Source: Octopus sinensis
Lineage: Eukaryota
Assembly (NCBI RefSeq): GCF_006345805.1
Contig: NC_043017.1
Coordinates: forward strand, 6,882,001-6,946,000
Direction: 5' to 3'
DNA: 64,000 bases
Shown: positions 11,575 through 23,679 of the stretch, in pieces
How the letters are laid out: each line of letters starts with the position of its first letter
Numbering within the stretch: the first letter of the stretch is position 1
Program-made: the position numbers and the translations under genes
Notes under the pieces: model-generated
Databases searched by the model: none
Told to the model about the DNA's origin: nothing
What the model saw: the letters and a program-made list of their open reading frames with translations, nothing else

Positions 11575-12266
11575 ACTTAGTTCAGGGGGCAGTGGAAAGC
11601 ATTGATTCATAGTCGTGATGAATATCAATCATGCGTGTAACCGTATCTAAAGGCGAGGTTGACAAAGAAGAAGAAAAAAGAGGAAGAGAAATTGATAATA
11701 ATAATAATAATAAATGCTCTGATGCAGTACCAGGCAGTGGCTCTCATGGCTTCTCATCTTAACTGATTGGAAATGTTACCATGTACATTGTTTTGTCTGG
11801 TATAAAAGATGGCTACAGCAAATATTCTGCTCAATACCACAGATTTGATTGTCAGTTGCTTGACCTTAACCAGTTGAGCATGTCCCCTAGTGGCTGACGA
11901 TACATGCATCTCTGATCACAAGCAGAAGCAGTGGGGGAGAATCAAAGCCATGTGTTGAGAGGAATTCTTTGGAGTTAGAATAATCCACTTTGGAAACATG
12001 GGTGTTTTGTTCATCATTCTTAAACAAACTTTAGTCAGGGACCATTTGAGCAGGATGGGCTACTCAACCTGGAGAAAATTCTAACTGGACCCCACCGGCA
12101 AGGTCATGTGCAATTAATCTTGATATAAGATCACCTTGTCACGCACATATGGTTGTGATGTATGTGCCTGGGTACCCTTATCAGACGGGTAGCCATGATG
12201 GGTATATTGGGCTTCATATAACTGTACCCCAGTTTCACTTTGATGGCATGCACTTCTCTCTCACTC

Positions 12267-12346
<80 letters not shown>

Positions 12347-12914
12347 TTTCAAATTTTGACACAAGGCCAGCAATTTCGGGTTAGTGGTATGTCGATTACA
12401 TCCGAAAGGATGTAAAGTAAAGTCGACTTCAGCGGAACTTGAACTCAGAACGTAAAGACGGACAAAATACCGGCGAGCATTTTAATCGGCATGATAACGA
12501 TCCTGCCGCAAATTTTGGCAGAGAGCCAGCAGTTCTTGGGGTTAGAATGAAGTTGATTACATCAACTCCCAGCGCATTATAGTTTATCAACCCCGGAAGA
12601 ATAAAAGGCAAAGCTAGGTTTGGTTAGTAATGCAACACAAATACCATAACTAATTCTTAAAATGTCTTATATTAAAATCTGGAACATTCTACCAATTTTT
12701 TTTTTTTTTTTTCACCCTTTCTGTTTTTTGCCAACCTCGCCCATTATACGATTACTTGCATGAAAGACGTAACTAAACAAAGTAAGATATTTTTAGCAGG
12801 GATTATGTTGATTCTGCTGATCCACCTTTCTCTATCTCTCTCTCTCTCCCTTCCTCTGTAATAATGATTAATAATTTTAAATGATAACAACAACAATAAT
12901 AATAATAATAATAA

Positions 12915-13128
12915 TCCTTTCTACTAAAGGCACAAGGCCTGAAATTTTGGGGAAGGGATCTATTCGATTACATCGACCCCCCAGTGCTTCACTGGTACTT
13001 AATTTCTCGACCCCGAAGGGATGAAGGGCAAAGTCGACCTCGGCAGAGTTTGAACTCAGAACGTGAAAACGGACGAAATGCCGCTAAGCATTTTGACCGA
13101 ATCGCTGATTTTTCTGCCAGTTCGCTGT
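12915..13128 (-). mobile_element. SINE family A
   Basis: Family core and tail B (ctttctact...ggcacaaggcc.gaaattttgggg). Confidence 0.75.
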
Positions 13129-13204
13129 TAATTATAATACATACATACATACACAGACAGACAGACAGACAGGCAAACGTACAGACATAAGTACAGACAT
13201 GCAT

Positions 13205-13862
13205 GCATGCATACAATCTCAGTTTATAAAGAATAGTGAGGCGGAAAGAGTGAAAGACACTTGGAATTGACTGAAAAAGGGAATTCTTAAAAAAGAGACC
13301 GAAGGCTTAATCATAGCAGCTCAAGATCAAGCCCTGTGGACAAATTGTGCAAAATGTAGGGTAGGAGTCAATGTGTCGCCGTTGTTCAGGTTGTGTGATG
13401 AAAGAGAAGAAACAGTGACCCACATAGTGAGTAAATGATCCAAACACAGAAACAGAACAAATCTTGTAGACATGATAATGTTGCGAAGATCATTCCCTGG
13501 GAAACGTATAAAAAGTATGGACTTACGTCAGGACATAAGTGGTATGAACAAGCACCTGAGCTGGCAGAAACGTTAGCAAGCCGAGCGAAATGCTTAGCGG
13601 TATTTCGTCTGCCGTTACGTTCTGATTTCAAATTCCGCCGAGGTCGACTTTGCCTTTCATCCTTTCGGGGTCGATTAAATAAGTGCCAGTTACGAACTAG
13701 AGTCGATATAATCGACTTAATCTGTTTGTCTGTCCTTGTTTGTCCTCTCTGTGTTTAGCCCCTTGTGGGTAGTAAAGAAATCGGTATGAACACGCACCTG
13801 AAATAGTGTCTGAGACGATGAGGTTAAACTTCTTTGGGGACTTTCTTATTCAATCAGATCAT
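13205..13862 (+). mobile_element. Relic of a restriction-like-endonuclease (R2/R4/NeSL-type) LINE C-terminal region, split by a SINE
   Basis: Peptides KGILKKETEGLIIAAQDQAL, RLCDEREETVTHIV (CCHC knuckle remnant) and RHDNVAKIIPWE.YKKYGL...KWYE.APE, resuming after 13801. Confidence 0.75.
13560..13782 (+). mobile_element. SINE family A with a 19-bp target-site duplication
   Basis: GGTATGAACA(A/C)GCACCTGA at 13541-13559 and 13783-13801. Confidence 0.9.
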
Positions 13863-14094
13863 GTCCTAAAGCAGTGGTTCCCAAACTTTTTCGGGCTGCT
13901 GTCCCCTTGACACCCTGGCCACACCCCTAGCGTTCCCACCCCAACTAACCATTACAAACATAGACCTCTTTCTGAACCAAATTCAAAACACGCATGGAAA
14001 ACCGCGGCGTAAATAAAATTCCCAATTGAAGGACGAACACCAAGGGCCAATCGAAGATTCCGAGAAGACCCAGGATTATTTTTATAGAGGCTTA

Positions 14095-14575
14095 TACGAT
14101 AATGATGATGATGATGATGACGATGTCGACAAGGATGCTGATGATTATGATGATGATGATCTTGATGATTATGATGATGACAACAAAAGATGATGGTGAT
14201 AATTATTAGAAAGATGGTAATTATAATCAAAATAAAGATGATGTTGATGATGATGATGATGATCCTGATCATGTATATGATGATGATGACGACGACAAAG
14301 ATAATGATGAAAATTATTAAATAGATTTTAATGATAATTATGATGAAGATGACGATGAAAACAAAAATGATGATGATGATGATGATGACGTCGACAAGGA
14401 TGATGAAAACGATAAGATAGATGGTGATAATGATAACGATGACGATAATGATGATGGTGGTGGTGGTGGTGGTGATGATGATGATGACGTCAACAAAGAT
14501 GGTGAAAATGATTAGATAGATGATGATGATGGTGATGGAAATGGTGGTGATGATGATGATGATGATGATGTGATA
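14095..14575. repeat. Degenerate (GAT/GGT)n trinucleotide tract
   Basis: Direct reading; explains the poly-Ile/His ORF 13952-14605. Confidence 0.9.
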
Positions 14576-14721
14576 ATTAAGTGAGATAATTTGATCTCGG
14601 TGCATATTGTTGGGTCGCTGTTTTTCAAAAACATTTCAAATTTGTTGTCCTTATCTGTCGGCATGACTCAATAAGGTAATTCTTTTTCTATTTTCTTTTT
14701 TTTTTCCACATGCTGACAAAA

Positions 14722-14980
14722 TACGTGGCTTAGTGGTTAGGGTTTTGGACTCAATATCGTGAGATTGTGGTTTCAATTCCAGGCCCAAGTGATGCATTGT
14801 GGAGTTGGGTTTTTTTTCTTTTTTTAGGAAAGCATTTCATTTTACGTTGCTCAAGTTCACTCGGCTGGTAAAAATGAGTTATCCTGCGAGTGACCGGTAT
14901 CCCTTCCAGACAGGGAATTTATACGCCGTGGAAACCGGCAAACCGGTCCTTATCAGTCTATATGACTCGGGAAGGATCTT
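14722..14980 (+). mobile_element. SINE family C, degenerate
   Basis: tRNA-like head gtggcttagtggttagg...gtttcaattcc and downstream family core. Confidence 0.6.
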
Positions 14981-15746
14981 TACTACTACCTACTGATATT
15001 TGTTTAATTTAGAGTGCGTTAACCAGGTTGACCACCCCTGGTTCAGAAACCAGGGATCTGGAAAGACTATAGAATCAAAAGGCTTCTGTGAAATCGTTGT
15101 TGTACCTACACTTTACACAATGGTATAGCTGGAACAGTCAAGAACAATCTACGGCCCTCAACACTTTCTGAATGACACACCTAACGAAAAAGTACCTTCA
15201 ATTTCTATTTAAGTAGTGTGGACCGCTTTAGGCAGACCACTTTTCATGCGACCCACTTCCCAAAAATAATTGCCTACGCTTGTTTTATCCAGTGGCGTAG
15301 CTAGAGGATGTGCCGCCGGGCGCAGTTCTTGAATCTGCCATCACTGCCGTTCCGGGCCCCTGAGCCTATACAGGCTTATACAGTAGATCCCAAAATACTT
15401 CTTCCATAAAAGCGTTGCTCGGGGCGGAACAACCCCATTGCCACCCCATACCTAGCAACGTTTTTACGCTTGTTTTGCAACTGTAAAGTTTAATGAAATT
15501 CTGTTCTTCTATAATTAAATGTTTATCTAATTTGTTGATGACGTCAGTCGGTGCAGAATGGTTAGTGTGAGTTGAGTAATGTGTGCTGCGAGTGCGAACT
15601 CATTTATTACACTTCCACAGCAAAGATAATAAAGATGGGTTTTTTTGTTTGTTGTTTGGGCAGATTTGGTTAAAGCTAATACACACACGCACACACACAC
15701 ACACACACACTCGCTCACTCACAGTCATGCACTCACATGCACACTG

Positions 15747-15781
<35 letters not shown>

Positions 15782-16196
15782 TTCACTCACACACACACAG
15801 ACATACATTCACTCACACACACATTGACACAAACGCTCATACACACTTTCACCTCTCTCTCTCTCACTCTGTATTTCTCTTTTTTCTCCCTCTCTATATT
15901 TCTCTTTCTTTCTCTCTCTCCCCCCTCTCTCTTTCTCCCCCCCCTCTCTCTCTCTCTGCATTTCTCTCTTTTTCTCCCTCACATCCCCACGCTCCAATCA
16001 CAAAGATAATAAAGTATATTCTAAATCCACCCTAGAAATGCTTGTTTCACTGGCGGCTAAAAATAAATAAATAAATAAATAAATAAAAATCCCCAAGGGG
16101 ACAGGATGAGATGAAATTACCGAATCTCAGCGTGGGTGGCAGTATAAGGTTACCAGGGAATCCCGTTTGGGGACGGAAGTTCTTCCTTGTTTCTTA

Positions 16197-16241
<45 letters not shown>

Positions 16242-16450
16242 GTGTGTGTGTATGTATGTATGTATGTATGAAGAGAGAGGGGGAGAGGAGGAGAGATTGA
16301 GAGGGAGAGAGAAAGGATAAATAAAATAAGATAATACATAGAGAGAGAGGGGGAGAGAAGAATAAGTAAAAAATTTTTTAAAAACCAATGAGGTTGTGAA
16401 TGTAAGTACCAACAACAAACACAACAAAAGCATAGGAACGGAGAGGGGAA

Positions 16451-16481
<31 letters not shown>

Positions 16482-17299
16482 TAAGATACAGACAGACGGA
16501 GGGAGAGAGGGGAGAAAAAAGAGACAGACAGACAGACAGACTGAGAGGTAAGGAGAGGGGGAGAGAATCAGAGAGGGACAGAAAGACAGAGTAGGAGGAG
16601 AGAGGAAGAGAGACAAACAGAAGAGAGAGGAAGAGAGGGGCATATGAATGTGATTGGGGTTAGATGAGACAAAACTTGTTGTTAGATGGTGCTTTTTGAG
16701 TTATAATAAAGGGTAATAAAGGTCAGGCCAGGGTGGTAACCGTGGGAGATGGCATTTAGTCGGAAGAAATTGGAAAGGGTCAACGGAAGAGGAAGGAAGA
16801 GTGGTTTTCTTACATAGACACAAAAAGGATTTGCGGTGTTTCTTCCAGGACTTTACATTCTTAGTTCAAATCCCACCTGTCATTCCTCTGGGGGTCGATA
16901 AAATATTAATTAAAGGACCAGTCAAGTACTGAAGTTGATGGTATCAACTAACTGACTTCTCTTAAAACTGCTGGCCTTGTTCCAAAAGTTTGGGTAGTAA
17001 AGAAATAGGTATTTAGTCCGTCTTTACGTTTCTGAGTTCAAATTCCGCCGAGGTCGATCTTGCCTTTCATGCATTCAGAGTTGATAAATTAAGTACCAGT
17101 TGCGTACTGGGGTCAATCTAATCGACTGGCCCCGTCCCCCCAAAATTCGGGCCGTGTGCCGAGAGTAGAAATGAATAATAATAATAATAGTTTCAAATTT
17201 TGGCCAAAGTTCGTCCCAGTAGCGTCCAGTGGAAATACCAGGTGCATTCGGCCTTGTCGGGTCTTTTCAATACTGAGTTTGTGTCATGCACATGTATTC

Positions 17300-17874
17300 T
17301 TTTATTCTTTTACTTGCTTCAATCATTTGACTGCGGCCACGCTGGAGCACCACCTTAAAGGGATTTTGGTCGAAGAAATCGACCCCAGGACATATTCTAT
17401 CGGTCACTTTTGCCGAACCGCTAAGTTATGGGGACATAAACACACCAGCATCGGTTGTCAAGCGATGGTGGGGGAACAAAGACAGACACAAACACGCAGG
17501 AGTGGCTGTGTGGTAAATAGCTTGCTTACCAGCCACATGGTTCCGGTGCGTGGTACCTTGAGCAAATGTCTTCTACTATAGCCTCGGGCCGACCAAAGCC
17601 TTGTGAGTAGATTTGGTAGATGGAAACTGAAAGAAGCCTGTCGTATATATAAGTGTGTGTATGTGTGTTTGTTTGTCCCCCTCGCCTCAACATCACTTAA
17701 CCGATGCTCGTGAGTTTACGTCCTCGTAACTTAGCAGTTCGGCAAAAGAGTCCGATAGAATAAGTATTAGTCTTACAAAGAATAAGTCCTGGTGTCGACT
17801 TGCTTGACTAAAGGCGGTGCTCCAGCATGGCCACAGTCAAATGACTGAAACAAATAAAAGAATAAAGAATAAAA

Positions 17875-17908
<34 letters not shown>

Positions 17909-18062
17909 CGGGCTTTTTTCAGTTTCCTTCTACTAAATGCACTCACAAGGCTTTGGTCGGCCCGAAGCTACAGCAGAAGACACTTGCCCTGCCCAAAGTG
18001 CTACCGAGTGGGACTGAACCCGGAACCATGTGGTTGGGAAGTAAACTTCTTACCACACAACA
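17300..18062. mobile_element. Nested SINE family B: a plus-strand copy (~17500-17880) inside a minus-strand copy
   Basis: 3' half of the minus copy at ~17300-17500, a full plus copy, then the 5' half of the minus copy at ~17905-18062. Confidence 0.7.
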
Positions 18063-18108
18063 GCATAGAAGTAAAAGGGATTCATAGAATCCCTTTTACT
18101 TCCATGGG

Positions 18109-18238
18109 AAAGGATCGGTGGGCTACGCTTTCGCGGTCCGTATTCGTACTGAAAATCGAGATCGAGCAAGCTTTCGCCCTTTTGCTCGACGAGTGGTTTC
18201 CGTCCACGCTAAGCTCGCCTTGGGACAACTGCGTTACC
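18109..18238 (-). pseudogene. ~130-bp dispersed fragment of 28S (LSU) rRNA, domain V region
   Basis: Minus strand GGTAACGCAGTTGTCCCAAGGCGAGCT...GAGCAAAAGGGCGAAAGC...GATTTTCAGTACGAATACGGACCGCGAAAGCGT..GATCCTTT matches the conserved eukaryotic LSU segment; no other rDNA nearby. Confidence 0.88.
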
Positions 18239-18654
18239 CCAGGCAGATATCTATAAAGCATTCGATGTTAAATGAATTTGGTTAAGTCAAACAATCAGGC
18301 ACCAATAAATCCAAATTGAATTAATATCCAAGATAATTCTTCATGGATGACAAAAGTTAAATACTAAACTGGCTTTTCTCAGTATATTATATTTCTTATT
18401 TCTTCTTAACGTTCTCTTTTGCATGCGTTCATCAATTAGAGATATTTTCTTAGTTCACTTTGAAATTAGCCTACTTTAGATTGCCCTGGAAACATTGTGT
18501 TAGCATATATTTTCGGATATATCAATTTGACTGATATTTTATACGTTTTTCAGTATCTAAACGTGCTGGCACAATAGAAACGATCATCTGGAATATATGG
18601 TGTAATCACAAATTAAAGACGTGATTCTCCCCATTCTAGTTCTTGTTATATATA

Positions 18655-19184
18655 CTAGCCTTGAAGCCGCCCTTCGAGCGGCATTCGGGCTGGCTCCTGC
18701 GGAGGACACTTTTGAGGCCTTCCGCCCCAGTATCGGACCACTTCGCAGTCCTCTACTCTTGTGTAATGTAATGCCCAAACTTATTTCTGCAAATGTGCAA
18801 AGCACTGATGCTGATCATAGTCTAATCGATAAGCGTATGAGCGAGGTAAATGCAGGAAAAATAGTGAGAGGTCAGTGGGCCCCATTTAAGCGGCCCTTCG
18901 GAAATTGAACTTCTTTGCGATACTCCGTTGGAGTTCATTGTATGAAATTCATTGTCATTGCTCCAATTTGGTCGCCAATGCCATGTATTTAGTTTAAAAT
19001 GCAGTAAAAATAGGGGGGCAGTGGGGTACCAATTAGCCCCCACCCCGTCCTCTTTCTTGAGGACATTCCCTAGGATTAAGGGAGTTTCTTGTTTGAGTTT
19101 CATTGTTCTTGTTCCAACGGTCTAAGAGGAGTTAATGAACATAAAAACGTAACAGACAGAGAAACATCACTCAAATTTATAATA

Positions 19185-19187
<3 letters not shown>
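18655..19187 (-). mobile_element. Non-autonomous Helitron (533 bp)
   Basis: Minus strand: A|TC start at 19187, hairpin GCCGC-tcgaagg-GCGGC, CTAG|T end at 18655. Confidence 0.7.
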
Positions 19188-19204
<17 letters not shown>

Positions 19205-19224
<20 letters not shown>

Positions 19225-19360
19225 TAGTTGAATCTATAGAAAAAAGAAGACAGGTGTGTGAACAACAAGCAAGTGTATTAGTTTGACGCTCGGGAAAATG
19301 AAAAAGTCTTTTACGTTTCGAGCCTACGCTCTTCAACAGAAAGGAATAAGAGAGAGAATA
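19205..19360 (-). mobile_element. HH family 2 repeat with a hammerhead-like motif at 19308-19343
   Basis: CTTT-CTGTTGA-A-GAGC(gtag)GCTC-GAAA-CGTA-AAAG; homologous to 26842-27060. Confidence 0.5.
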
Positions 19361-19602
19361 AAAAAAAAACTTATAGTTTTCGACGGCTCAGCATGGTTTA
19401 AGAGTATCGGGAAAGGCCTGCTTGGAGGCCCAACCTTCTGAGTTCTTTTACAGAGCTTAGAAATATTGAAGGGCCACTGCAATAAGTGTGTGAATCTGAG
19501 GGGTGAGTATATTGAATTAAATTATAATTAACTGATCCTCCAGTATTTTTAAAATCCCCAAACCAGAACCTTTTTAGCACCACTTCGTGTGTGTGTGTGT
19601 GT

Positions 19603-19641
<39 letters not shown>

Positions 19642-20146
19642 CTAACCTTGTAGTATCGTAATTTTTGATAAACCCAAGCTTCATGACTGACAGAATTTGC
19701 GTGCGTACGTGCGTGTATGTGTGAGATTGTGTGTGTGATCGTATGTGTGTCTTTCTGTGTATGTGTCTGTCTGTCTGTCTATGTTATTGTCTGTATGTGT
19801 GTTGGCGTATGTTTGCATGTATGCGTAAATTTGCGCGCGGGTGCGTGTGCGTGTGTGTGTTTGTGTGTGTGTGGTAATAAGACTCACATTAGCTTCTCAA
19901 GTCATCTCAAAGTCTAACTCCCAAAAGGGTTCAACAACTAATTAGCCTTCATTAGAAATAATTAGAAGCCTCATCAGAGATAACAAGGAATAAAACAGGA
20001 AGGAAAATTCGTTACACACACACACATAAAAGATACACACATAGCACACAAACACATGCATGCACACATACACATGCACTTACACAAATATATACATACT
20101 GATACACACACACATACAAACATACACAAACACACTTCTTTTGTAG

Positions 20147-20214
20147 GTTAGCAAGACTACCATTGGTTTCATGTAGAGAATTCACAGCATGAAACCAATG
20201 GTAGCTTTGCTAAC
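20147..20214. ncRNA. Candidate pre-miRNA hairpin
   Basis: 27-bp stem (one G-U, one mismatch) and 14-nt loop, extendable by about 7 imperfect pairs; unique flanks. Confidence 0.45.
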
Positions 20215-20627
20215 TCATAAATAGAGCGACGTTGTGCGCTCATCTTTTATTTTTGTTTTTTGCTTGTTTCAGTCATTCGACTGCGGCCACGCTAGAGTAC
20301 CGATGTAAAATGTTTAGTCGAACAAACCGACTCAGTATTTAGCTCTTGTAAATCTGGCACTGATTCTGTCTGTCTTTTTCCGAACCACTAAGTTACGGAG
20401 ATGTAAGCAAACCAGCACCGGCTGTCAAGCGATGACGGGACAAACACAACAGAGACACACGCGTGTTTTATATATATATATATGCATACATGGCATATAT
20501 ATATATATATTTATAGAAATTCGGGGTGAGTACTTGATAGTTATAAGCACCTGTGTATACCGTTTGGTGGTGTAGGTGGTGGAGTAAATTGATCAAAATA
20601 AAATAAAAACATGATGCGAAGGATTCA

Positions 20628-20705
20628 GCGGTACATATGTTTCGGGCCTTTATTAGACAGATTTATAACAATGCATAATGTATGTCTGTGGCCTTCTTCA
20701 GCCGC
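20628..20705 (-). ncRNA. Type I hammerhead-like motif with long stem II and GUA site
   Basis: GCGG-CTGAAGA-AGGCC...GGCCC-GAAA-CATATG-TA-CCGC. Confidence 0.6.
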
Positions 20706-21118
20706 GCACAACAGCTTCCACAAGGACATGTGTTACATCAAAAATTCTTGGTTGGGGATGCGAATCCTCTCATTCGCGTACGACATAATGCGGCAGCAGC
20801 ATAGAATTGAAGCGTCCATCTCCTTCTTCTCTCAATGTAGAATGAGGAAAACTGGATGTTGAGGTAATGTAAATAAATAAATACATATATAGACGTGAAG
20901 ATGGAGGGGCGAGAATTCGGGACCAGGGATAACAAATGTATAAAAGGTGTAAGTATAGAAAAATATAAAAATGTAGAGCATAAAGATATAAAGAGTTATA
21001 AGGAATGTAAAGGGGGTATAAAGGATATAAAGAATTATATTTTTTTATATTTTTTTTTAATATTTTTTTATATTTATATATTATATATATATACATACAT
21101 GGTATATATAATATACAT

Positions 21119-21164
<46 letters not shown>

Positions 21165-21205
21165 ATCATATATATATATGGTGTATATATATATATATAT
21201 ACATG

Positions 21206-21251
<46 letters not shown>

Positions 21252-21348
21252 GGTATATATATATACATGGCATATATATATATAATTATTATATATATAT
21301 ATATATATATATGGTATATGGTTTGTATATATATATATATATATCATG

Positions 21349-21439
<91 letters not shown>

Positions 21440-21567
21440 CGAGATTCCACACAGTTTCCATCTAACAAATTCACTCGCAAGGCATTGGTCAAACCAGGGA
21501 TTATAATAGAAGAGACATGCCCAAGGTGTCGCTCTGTCGATGTGAGTCCGAAATTACGTGACTTTAT

Positions 21568-21664
<97 letters not shown>

Positions 21665-21849
21665 CCCCAGTTTATCTGTCCATTTCCGAAAAACCTTACC
21701 CCCTCCACATGTTTCACGACCCCCAAAATTCTCTATTTCCTCCCTTCCTGCGGGTGTCCTTTCATTTTTCAGGTTGTAAGGTGTATTTCGATAGAAATTT
21801 GGCTTTTATTTCTAGCATTTCGGATGACCACAAAGAAGTTCCTTTGCAA

Positions 21850-21888
21850 CGATGATGATGAGGCGGTGGATGGTGATGGGCTTGGTGG

Positions 21889-21920
<32 letters not shown>

Positions 21921-22065
21921 TCGGTGGTGGTGTGGGTGATGGTGGTAGTGTCGGTGGCGATGTTCGTCATAGTTGAGTTGATGATGGTGATGATATAGTT
22001 AGTAATGGTGATGTTGATGATGGTGGTGGCGATGAGGAGGAGGACGGCGACGATGAAGACGATGG

Positions 22066-22111
<46 letters not shown>

Positions 22112-22312
22112 GGTGGTGGTGGTGATGATGATGATGATGATGATGATGGTGAAGATGGTGGTGGTGGTGGTGGTGGTGATGATGATGATGATGATGAATG
22201 ATGATGATGATGATGATGAGGTGTGGTGGTGGTTGGTGGTGGTGGTGGTGATGAGTGATGATGATGATGATGATATGATGATGGTGGAAGATGGTGGTGG
22301 TGGTGGTGGTGG

Positions 22313-22349
<37 letters not shown>

Positions 22350-22406
22350 ATGATGATGATGGTGAAGATGATGAAGATGGTGGTGGTGGTGGTGGTGATG
22401 ATGATG

Positions 22407-22438
<32 letters not shown>

Positions 22439-22715
22439 GATGATGATGATGAAGATGGTGGTGGTGGTGGTGGTGGTGGTGGTGGTGGTGGTGATGATGA
22501 TGATAATGAGGAGGAGGAGGAGGAGGAGAAGGAGGGAAAGGAGGACGTCGATGATGATGATGATGGTGATGTTAGCGGCGATCTTATTATTGATGTCGGT
22601 GTCGATGCTGATGGGAACGGCTCTTTGGAGTGGCCGTGGCGGGGTCGGGTTGAGGTGGGGTGGGATGGGTGGTGGCGGCGGTGGCGGCGGTGGCGGCGGT
22701 GGCAGCGGCGATGCT
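21850..22715. repeat. (GAT/GGT/GGC)n trinucleotide tract
   Basis: Direct reading; source of the poly-Met/Val/Asp ORF 22005-22814. Confidence 0.9.
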
Positions 22716-22768
22716 GGTGATTCAGATTGGGTTAGGAGATGCTATTTTCTTTTTATCTTAAACACAGA

Positions 22769-22802
<34 letters not shown>

Positions 22803-22819
22803 CATCACACCTAACACTC

Positions 22820-22853
<34 letters not shown>

Positions 22854-23365
22854 GTGTGTGTGTGTATACTTGATATATTGTTTATCTGTAAAAGGTGTGT
22901 TTGTTCGATTCCCATAAATGGCATGTCACGTGGTGAAGGAACTGAAGGGTCACGCGAAACACATTAGCACCTGCATTGATTAGCAACGTCATGTGAGGAA
23001 TCAGCTGATAGAAACGAACACACACACACACAATCACACACACATACATACGCTCGTAGTCACACAGTCATACGCAGTCACGCACATATAGACACACACA
23101 AACACACAAACACACAAGAACAAGTTCGATTAATAATTTGTGGTGGTGGGGGGTACGTTTCTTATTGTTTTTGTCTTTGTTTGGGGGTGAGGGTTGTGGG
23201 GAGGGGGGTCTTTTTCCGGTTCTGAATTTTTTAATTATATTTTTTAATTTAATTTCGTTTTAGAATTGTTTTTTAGATTTTTCGTGTTTTTTTTTTTTGC
23301 TTTTTTTTGTTGTTTTTTCCGAAGTTGGTTTTCATTAAATTCGTAAAGGATTTTTTATTTCGAAT

Positions 23366-23396
<31 letters not shown>

Positions 23397-23679
23397 GGAA
23401 GAGGAGGATCATGAACATGATGATGATGGCACAGTAAATCAGCACTGGCACCACCATCCACACTCACACACACCTAACCAGGCTAGTCTGGTGAGAAGAT
23501 TTGCTAGAAAACCCAGCTATACAAAACAAGGCATTTCAATGGACAGATGCAGTCAATCCGGAATCAACATCTACCGAGTGACAACGTACAAGGACATAGA
23601 TTTACCCGAGATGGCGAACCAACGAGTTTAAGACTACTCTAAAGCAATCATATATATATATATCAGTATATTACTTGAG

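Noticed and set aside
14722-14790. tRNA genes at SINE heads
   Set aside because: They have A/B boxes but no complete cloverleaf and continue into SINE cores.
22005-22814. 269-aa Met/Val/Asp-rich ORF, and the similar ORFs at 13952-14605, 38070-39478 and 57622-58500
   Set aside because: Translations of trinucleotide tracts that lack stops by composition; no domain or splice support.
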